Source: Octopus vulgaris
Taxonomy: Eukaryota
DNA: 64,000 nucleotides
Assembly (NCBI GenBank): GCA_951406725.2
Contig: OX597828.1
Span: 54,250,001 to 54,314,000, forward strand
Direction: 5' to 3'
A program made the position numbers and the translations under genes. A model generated the notes under the pieces. That model did not search any database. It was not told where the DNA came from and saw only the letters and a program-made list of their open reading frames with translations. This document shows positions 54,501 through 64,000 of this stretch, one piece after another (positions within the stretch are counted from its first letter, which is position 1; every line of letters starts with the position of its first letter).

Positions 54501-56069
54501 TTGCATCTTCCGTCAGGTACGATGCAAAAGGGATAACCGCTTTTTGCCTTGGGTACCTTCTAACACACACACACACACACACACGTATGTATGTATGTAT
54601 GTATGTATGTATGTATGTATGTATGTATGTATGTATGTATGTAGAAAGACGACAAATTTACAGAAATACAAGTAAGTAAATATAAAACACAAGAAATTAG
54701 ACTTCCACTCTTGTACACAGGTGAGAAGATCATGTAGAATGGGTCAGAGAACCACATGGCTCTGTTCGCGTGCCACTGGTGTCACTTGTCATATTGGAAT
54801 TAGGAGCAGCGAAAGTCTCTTAGGGACATTCTCTGGGTTGCGTGGGATACAAAACGGTCCGATGTTCTATGCGAATGCCTGTTTTACAGTCTCCCAAACC
54901 TTTGATCTGCTCTTCAACCACTTCCAATGTTTCATTTGTGTCCAGGAATCCGCTCTGGATCCTCCTCGTATCGTCATCTCTTTTATATTTCAGAACACCC
55001 AGCTTTGATATTGGTTTGAAATTTTAGTACAAGGCCAGCAGTTTCGGAGAAGGGGTAAGACGGTTACATCGACTCCAGTGCTCAACTGGTACCTTTTTTT
55101 TATCAACCCCGAAAGGATGAATGGCAAAGTCGGCCTCGACAAAATTTGAAGTCAGAAGATAAAGGCGGATGAAATGCCGCTGAACATTTCGTCCGGCGTA
55201 CTAACGAATCTGCCAGCTCTCCACCGTACACTCAGTTTTGATATTATCAGAGTCACGTTGCTTAATAATACGATTGCAAACCCTATGTAGTCCCACCAAC
55301 GGAGTCTTCTTCATACTTTTGTTTTACGTATTTTCTTTTAACGAATTTGTTTTCTTGATTTCTCATAATTTTCTGTCCTCCCGCCCGCGAAATTTTTTTC
55401 CCACGAGAGTTCCGGACCCCAGTTATGAACTCATTTGCATACAGCCAATCAGAGCTCAACTATCAAACTAATTTATGAGCGCATAACAAATGATGGGCGA
55501 TAAGATAAGGTCACTTGGGTAAGGAATGGCCATGCTTCTTTTCTCTTTCAATAATCCTTTCAACTGGAGGCACAAGGCCTCAAATTTGTGGGATGGGGAC
55601 TAGTCAATTATATCGACCCCAATGCGTAACTGGTACTTATTTTTATCGACCCCGAAAGGATGAAAGGCAAAGTTGACCTTGGCGGAATTTGAAATCAAAA
55701 CATAGCGATGGGCGAAATAATGCTAAGCATTTTGTCCAGAGTGCTGACGATTCTGCCAGCTCACCGCCTGATCTTGTTCTTGTTTCAACCTTGGCTGCCT
55801 CTGCGTAGTTATTTGTGTTGTTGTTTCCTTTCTAAAACAGTAAGGGGAGAGGGTTGCAAGCACATCACCCTCTACCCACATTTTTCCAATCCACATCTTT
55901 ACGATATGGGGCCCTAACAAAACCCGATAACATCTAATTACTTGTCTTCTAAATCAGGCATAACTTGGCGACCATTCTTCATCTTGAGTCTTCTTGTGTA
56001 GAGTGTGTTTGTTAACGTGAAAACAAGGTCAAGGTGAGCTCTGATTGACTGTATGCAAATAAGTTCATT

Positions 56070-59000
56070 GCTGGGGTCCGGAACTCTAGTGCCAAACATT
56101 TTTTGCTCCCTTGCCCACGAGATGGTCTTGCCACTCCTCACCAGCCTCTATTTGCTTAATATCATCGTAAGACGATGGGGTTAGCCCTACAGAGTGTGCC
56201 CGGAGACTAAGACCACTGACTGTCAACTTTGGGGTCCGGATCTCTAGTCGGAAAAAAATTTCGCCCCTTGTCCACGCGATGGTCTTGACACTCCTCACCA
56301 GCCTCTATTAGCTCCATATCGTAAGACGATGGGGATAGCCCTACAGATTGTGCCCGGAGACTATGACAACGGACTGTCAACATTGAGGTCCGGAACTCTA
56401 GTGGGAAAAAATTTCGCCCCTTGCCCACGCGATGGTCTTGCCACTCCACACCAGCCTCTATTTGCTCCATATCATCGTAAGACGATGGGGTTAGCCATAC
56501 AGATTGTGCCCGGAGACAGAGACAACTGTCTGTCAACTTTGGGGTCCGGAACTCCAGTGCGAAAACAATTTCGCCCCTTGCCAATCCTCACCAGCCTCAA
56601 TTTGCAGATTGTGCCCGGAACTAAAAACACTGACTGTCAACTTTGGGGTCCGGAACTCTACTGGGAAAAAAATTTCACCCCTTCCCCACGCGATGGTCTT
56701 GCCACTCCTCACCAGCCTCTATTAGCTCATTATCATCGTAAGACGATGGGGTTAGCACTACAGATTGTGCTCGGAGACTAAGACCACGGATTGTCAACTT
56801 TGGGGTCCGGAACTCTAATGGGGAAAAAATTTCGCCTCTTGCCCACGCGATGGTCTTGCAACTTCTCACCAGCCTCTATTTGCTCCATATCATCGTAAGA
56901 CGATGGGGTAATCCCTACAGATTGTGCCCGGAGTCTGAGACCACTGACTGTCAACTTTGGGGTCCGGAACTCTAGTGGGAAAAAAATTTCGCCTCTTGCC
57001 CACGCGATGGTCTTGCAACTTCTCACCAGCCTCTATTTGCTCCCTATCATCGTAAGACGATGGGGTAATCCCAATAGATTGTGCCCGGAGACTAAGACTG
57101 TCAAATTTGGGGTCCGGAACACTAGTGCGAAAAAAATTTCGCCCCTTGAACACGCGATAGTCTTGCCACTCCTCACCAGCCTCAATTTGCAGATTGTGCC
57201 CGGAGACTAAGACCACTGACTGTCAACTTTGGGGTCCGGAACTCTAGTGGGAAAAAATTTCGCCCCATCCCCACGCGATGGTCTTGCCACTCCTCACCAG
57301 CCTCTATTAGCTCCATATCATCGTAAGACGATGGGGTAATCCCTAAAGATTGTGCCCGGAGACTAAGAGCACTGACTGTCAACTTTGGGGTCCGGAACTC
57401 TAGTGGGAAAAAATTTCGCCCCATCCCCACGCGATGGTCTTGCCACTCCTCACCAGCCTCTATTAGCTCCATAGCATCGTAAGACGATGGGGTAATCCCT
57501 ACAGATTGTGCCCGGAGACTAAGACCACTGACTGTCAACATTGGGGTCCGGAACTCTAGTGAGAAAAAAATTTCACCCCTTCCCCACGCGATGGTCTTGC
57601 CACTACTCACCAGCCTCTATTAGCTCCATATCATCGTAAGACGATGGGGTTAGCACTACAGATTGTGGTCGGAGACTAAGACCACGGACTGTCAACTTTG
57701 TGGTCCGGAACTCTAGTGGCAAAAAAGTTTCGCCTCTTGCCCACGCGATGGTCTTGCAACTTCTCACCAGCCTCTATTTACTCCATATCATCGTAAGACG
57801 ATGGGGTAATCCCTACAGAATGTGCCCGGAGACTAAGACCACTGACTGTCAACTTTGGGGTCCGGAACTCTAGTGGGAAAAAAATTTCGCCATGCCCACG
57901 CGATGGTCTTCCAACTTCTCACCAGCCTCTATTTACTCCATATCATCGTAAGACGATGGGGTAATCCCTACAGATTGTGCCCGGAGACTAAGACCACTGA
58001 CTGTCAACTTTGGGGTCCGGAACTCTAGTGGGAAAAAATTTCGCCACTTGCCCACGCGATGGTCTTGCAACTTCTCACCAGCCTCTATTTGCTCCATATC
58101 ATCGTAAGACGATGGGGTAATCCCTACAGATTGTGCCCGGAGACTAAGACCACTGACTGTCAACTTTGGGGTCCGGAACTCTAGTGGGAAAAATTTCGCC
58201 TCTTGCCCACGCGATGGTCTTGCAACTTCTCACCAGCCTCTATTTGCTCCATATCATCGTAAGACGATGTGGTAATCCCTACAGATTGTGCCCGGAGACT
58301 AAGACCACTGACTGTCAACTTTGGGGTCCGGAACTCTAGTGGGAAAAAATTTCGCCTCTTGCCCACGCGATGGTCTTGCAACTTCTCACCAGCCTCTATT
58401 TGCTCCATATCATCGTAAGACGATGGGGTAATCCCTACAGATTGTGCCCGGAGACTAAGACCACTGACTGTCAACTTTGGGGTCCGGAACTCCAGTGGGA
58501 AAAAAATTTCGCCTCTTGCCCACGCGATGGTCTTGCAACTTCTCACCACCCTCTATTTGCTCCATATCATTGTAAGACGATGGTGTAATCCCTACAGATT
58601 GTGCCCGGAGAGTAAGACCACTGACTGTCAACTTTGGGGTCCGGAACTCTAGTGGGAAAAAATTTCGCCTCTTGCCCACGCGATGGTCTTGCAACATCTT
58701 ACCAGCCTCTATTTGCTCCATATAATCGTAAGACGATGGGGTAATCCCTACAGATTGTGCCCGGAGACTAAGAGCACTGACTGTATACTTTGGGGTCCGG
58801 AACTCTAGTGGGAAAAAAAATTCGCCCCTTCCCCACGCTATGGTCTTGCAACTTCTCACCAGCCTCTATTTGCTCCATTTCATCGTAAGACGATGGGGTA
58901 ATCCCTATAGATTGTGCCCGGAGACTAAGACCACTGACTGTCAACTTTGGGGTCCGGAACTCTAGTGGGAAAAAAATTTCGCCTCTTGCCCACGCGATGG

Positions 59001-60199
59001 TCTTGCAACTTCTCACCAGCCTCTATTTGCTCCATATCATCGTAAGACGATGGGGTAATCCCTACAGATTGTGCCCCGAGAGTAAGACCACTGACTGTCA
59101 AATTTGGGGTCCGGAACTCTAGTGGGAAAAAAATTTCGCCTCTTGCCCACGCGATGGTCTTGCAACATCTCACCAGCCTCTATTTGCTCCATATCATCGT
59201 AAGACGATGGGGTAATCCCTACAGATTGTGCCCGGAGACTAAGACCACTGACTGTCAACTTTGGGGTCCGGAACTCTAGTGGGAAAAAAATTTCGCCACT
59301 TGCCCACGCGATGGTCTTGCAACTTCTCAGCAGCATCTATTTGCTCCATATCATCGTAAGACGATGGGGTAATCCCTACAGATTGTGCCCGGAGACTAAG
59401 ACCACTGACTGTCAACTTTGGGGTCCGGAACTCTAGTGGGAAAAAATTTCGCCTCTTGCCCACGCGATGGTCTTGCAACTTCTCACCAGCCTCTATTTGC
59501 TCCATATCATCGTAAGACGATGGGGTAATCCCTACAGATTGTGCCCGGAGACTAAGACCACTGACTGTCAACTTTAGGGTCCGGAACTGTAGTGGGAAAA
59601 AAATTTCGCCACTTGCCCACGCGATGGTCTTGCAACTACTCACCAGCCTCTATTTGCTCCATATCATCGTAAGACGATGGGGTAATCCCTACAGATTGTG
59701 CCCGGAGACTAAGACCACTGACTGTCAACTTTGGGGTCCGGAACTCTAGTGGGAAAAAATTTCGCCTCTTGCCCACGCGATGGTCTTGCAACTTCTCACC
59801 AGCCTCTATTTGCTCCATATCATCGTAAGACGATGGGGTAATCCCTACAGATTGTGCCCGGAGACTAAGACCACTGACTGTCAAATTTGGGGTCCGGAAC
59901 ACTAGTGGGAAAAAAATTTCGCATCTTGCCCACGCGATGGTCTTGCAACTTCACCAGCATCTATTTGCTCCATATCATCGTCAGACGATGGGGGTAATCC
60001 CTACAGATTGTGCCCGGAGACTAAGACCACTGACTGTCAACTTTGGGGTCCGGAACTCTAGTGGGCAAAAATTTCGCCTCTTGCCCACGCGATGGTCTTG
60101 CAACTTCTCACCAGCATCTATTTGCTCCATATCATCGTAAGACGATGGGGTAATCCCTACAGATTGTGCCCGGAGACTAAGACCACTGACTGTCAACTT
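56070..60199. repeat. ~157-bp satellite array, ~26 units
   Basis: Unit ggggtccggaactctagtgggaaaaaaatttcgcctcttgcccacgcgatggtcttgcaacttctcaccagcctctatttgctccatatcatcgtaagacgatggggtaatccctacagattgtgcccggagactaagaccactgactgtcaacttt. Confidence 0.97.
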
Positions 60200-61395
60200 C
60201 TGAGTTTGAGGATGAGCTGTAAACAGGGTCAAGATTCATCGTGATGATAAAGCAACAACTTTTAGGACCTTCTATTACTGACATTTCTAGTTCTGTAACT
60301 GTCTGCCTCTTTCCCTATCTCCCCCTCTCTCTTTCTCTCCTTCCTTCTCCTCTCTTTCTCTCCCCCTATCTCTTTCTCTCCTCTCCCTCCCTCTGAATCT
60401 CCCCTCTCTTAGAGCAGAAAGCCCTCAAACACATCTCACTGCCAGGAGCCAGTAGCAATTTCAGGCCAATAATATCTGGAAACTGCCTGAAGTTCCTGGA
60501 CTGAGGTTCTTCTGGAACAGACATCTTTGTTGTTCTTTGTCGATATCCGGAGCACCATCCAGAACATTACCGCTCATACCCTCAACTAAACCTCCATAGA
60601 ATGCTAGAGCTACCGTTCTACCACAGCATTTCTGAGTAATACATGACTGTTAGCACGTGTCAACGTTTTATATACTAGACCCGCAATGCTAGTCAATGTT
60701 TGATCCAAGACCACAGCTCCAACAAAATAGATCGCCTACTCGAAGTTGTGCTCAAATGGTACTTGTTTTATCCACCACAAAAGGATGAAAAGCAAAATCG
60801 ATCTCGGCTGAATTTGAACAGACGAAATGCCGCTAAGTATTTTTGCCCGGCGTGCTAATCATTCTGCCAGCTCTCCACCTTAATTTATGATGAAATAATT
60901 TCTCATACAACGTCAGGAAGGAATACAACTAAATATCCCAAGGCATTGTTGCCGATGCTCCACCGATTCATCTATACCGCTACGAAACTAAAATTATATA
61001 CTGTTAAAATGTAATAATATAGCGTTCGATTTTTAATTCTTGTCTTGGATATTTTCCAACAGAAATAGAAGCAAGACGATAATCAACCTGTCTGACTGCT
61101 GAGAAAAAGTCGAAATATCATAATTAAGACAGTCACATATTGAACCGATTCTGGCCAACATTTATTTATATATGAGATTATTTGGGGTTATAATAAAAAT
61201 TCTTATAAGGAATCTGGAACTTCAATGCAAGTTTCCTTAAACAAAACCAAAAACCGGAATTGTGAAAGTCATTTCATTTCGTCGTTTTTTAAACTTTTTT
61301 CTTTTTTCTTTTGTTCTTTCTCCGCTGAAATTGATTCGTCGTCGTTTTTTGTTTTTTTTCATTTTCTTCTCAAATCACTCCGGACTAGAAATATC

Positions 61396-61813
61396 GGATC
61401 TTTTCGGTTTGAACGGCAGTTTTTTTAAAAATAATTTCCACGTAACTAAACCCTTCAAAACTTCGTATACTGGTAGAATGTGTTTATAAAACGTCTTTTT
61501 CTCTTGGCTTTATTGAGAAAATTCTATAGTTTGTAAGATATTTGTTGTTTTTTTGCTTCAATTTCTGCAATTTCAACCAATCAATGACGTCTATTGAGGT
61601 GAAAACATTCTGTGCCGTATGAATATGTCCCTCGTTTAAGAAACAGATTGGGTTTATTTACATTTGTGAAGAAAAAAAGATATCCTTACTCCCACCCCTT
61701 ACCCTAACCCTAAAACAGATTGAAATGCAATAGATCAATACCAGGGTCATAATTATGGGTGATAATTTCATATGACACCGCTAGAAAAACTGCCGTTCAA
61801 ACCGAAAAGATCC
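61396..61813 (-). mobile_element. Merlin-like MITE, copy 3 (opposite orientation)
   Basis: Same TIRs; body is the reverse complement of the 30667 copy. Confidence 0.85.
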
Positions 61814-62545
61814 TAAAATTCTTCTTTTAAAAGAATGATATTTTGATTCACCTGACCCGATTGGAACAAATTTACGTGATGACGTAATTATCCTATGAAG
61901 TACTCGAGCGCCTGGCAAAAGAGTGATATCTCTTCTGAAACAATGGGAAAAGATGACAAGATCAGCATAGAGAAGACAGTGTCAGATGCTGACGTGCATT
62001 GACCATAGATTCAATCTTGTTGTTTAGATCTTGGATAACGGATCGAATAGACCTATGGTGTGTTCAATAATTAACGACGTTCCAGTCGTGACCATCCTTT
62101 CTATTTTTCACACATTAGACGAAATTCTCCAATGGGCAATACTATCCAATATGTTCTTCCATCTTTAAGACGATAGGATGTGTTTTCTGAGAGGTAGGGT
62201 TGCTATTTCTAGCGAGTCGAACGATCGCATAGAGGCTCCCTTTTGGAGTGTTTAAAGTCAAAAGTAATTTCAAAGAAATTCATATATTTTGTATTAGTGG
62301 CAGTAGCGCCTCCTATGGTGCGTTGTCAGCTCACAGGGAAACCCTTTAGGTGTGACTTGGGTATTTTTAGGAGTCGTGAGGTTTCTTTAACATTAGGTAC
62401 CAAACTTATATTTTAAACACATTCGAAACAAAATTTGTTAAGATTAAATTACGAATAGGACATTGTGTTTACCTGCAAGCAGAAATATGACTGATGATAT
62501 TCCAAGGTCGAATATAATTTTATTATATAAGTCATCACTTTCGTT

Positions 62546-63112
62546 AGTGCGTAACTGGTACTTAATTTATCGACCCCGAAAGGATAAAAGGCAAAGTTGA
62601 CTTCGGCGGAATTTGAATTCAGAACGTAACGGCAGATGAAATACCTATTTCTTTACTACCCTCAAGGGGCTACACACAGAGGGGACAAACAAGGACAGAC
62701 AGACGGATTAAGTCGATTATATTGACCCCAGTGCATAACTGGTACTTATTTAATCGACCACGAAAGTATGAAAGGCAAAGTCGACCTCGGCGGAATTTGA
62801 ACCCAGAACATAACGGCAGACGAAATAACGCTAAGCATTTCGCCCGGCGTGCTAACGATTCTGCCAGCTCACCGCCTTAAATATTTCTTTATTGCCCACA
62901 AGGGGCTACACACACAGGGGACAAACAAGGACAGACAAACGGATTAAGTCGATTACATCGATCCCAGTGCGAAACTGGTACTTTATTTAACGACCTCGAA
63001 AGGATGAAAGGCAAAGTCGACCTCGGCGGAATTTGAACTCAGAACGTAGCGGCAGACGAAATACCGCTAAACATGTCGCCTGGCGTGCCAACGTTTCTGC
63101 CAGCACGCCGCT
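62546..63112 (-). mobile_element. Tandem SINE family B trimer
   Basis: Three consecutive reverse-complement Meta-like cores. Confidence 0.85.
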
Positions 63113-64000
63113 TGAAGGATGAAAATATGAAAGCAATTGAATCATAATTGTAAGAGAATTAACATAAATTAACATAAATTAACATAAATTCTGAAATTTA
63201 TGACAGTACTGTTTGCGTAATATAAGTTCCACATGAATCAAACCAACAAAAATCCGGTCTTGTAACTTAGCAATTTGATTAATAGATATCGATAAATGAA
63301 TACCAGACTAATGCCGATATGATCAACTAAAACCCACCGAAGTCGGGGACCCCGCATGGCTGTATTCCAATGACTGAAAACATCTTGGAGGTGAAAGAAC
63401 CATTAATGTCTGCAGTACTGGAACCGGTTTACCAATATTCCAATGGACAAACCCAATATATATTATTAGACCAAAACTATTACACAAGTCTTCGCAATAC
63501 GAGAACAAGTTCATTAAGTCAAATATACATTAATCTGTTAAATCATGAATTGTGAAAACGGTGAAATTATAGGAAACTGGATACCAAAGAAAGATTATAA
63601 TCTTGCGGAGGATTGTTGGTCAAGAATTACGTAGATTAAGCACGGGGAGTTATAGACTTCCATTAACAACACTCCCTTAGTGTTATTAAACAGAATAATA
63701 ACGTCAATATATTCTACAGTTTCAACATAGAATGCGACCAGATCAGAGGTAGGATGCAGTCACCGTTGACAAGGAAGCGAAATGGATTAAAGTATTATAA
63801 AATCATTAGAATTGCACAGACAGCGAGAAAAGAGTTTTGGGAATGATATAGAATGCTGGAATTTGAGAAATATGAAGAATTTATATGTAAAGTTCTAATT
63901 ATAAATTTCAGATATAAAATTGGTTTGGCAAATCACCTGATGTGAAACTACTTCATCATGGTGCAACCACTAGTGAGAATAGCAACAACAATGCTAGCGT

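Noticed and set aside
56086-60232. Many 60-150 aa ORFs in the satellite
   Set aside because: Translations of the tandem unit with frameshifts at the A-run; no domain signature.
62298-62320. CTCF-like motif
   Set aside because: Only the 3' half matches; insufficient without ChIP data.

Overview
AT-rich, microsatellite- and SINE-dense animal DNA. The repeat families point to a coleoid cephalopod, probably Octopus (inference). Three protein-coding genes are supported: an intronless-CDS LARP6 (1450-3480, -), a 9-exon short-chain dehydrogenase/reductase I assembled by hand (28232-44458, -, 258 aa), and an FHA-domain (TCF19-like) ORF (46261-47124, +) head-to-head with the SDR. The rest is transposon debris (RTE and CRE LINE fragments, four tRNA-SINE families, Tc1/mariner, Tc2-, Merlin- and piggyBac-like MITEs, Helitrons), a 32-bp minisatellite and a ~157-bp satellite array. 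Most notable: three type I hammerhead ribozyme motifs, one in the 3' tail of a tRNA-headed SINE-like element with a Penelope-style inverted tail; a TSD-flanked insertion built from nested perfect inverted duplications; several other fold-back hairpins; and a PHD finger inside an RTE reverse transcriptase. All coordinates were read by eye, and repeat boundaries are approximate.
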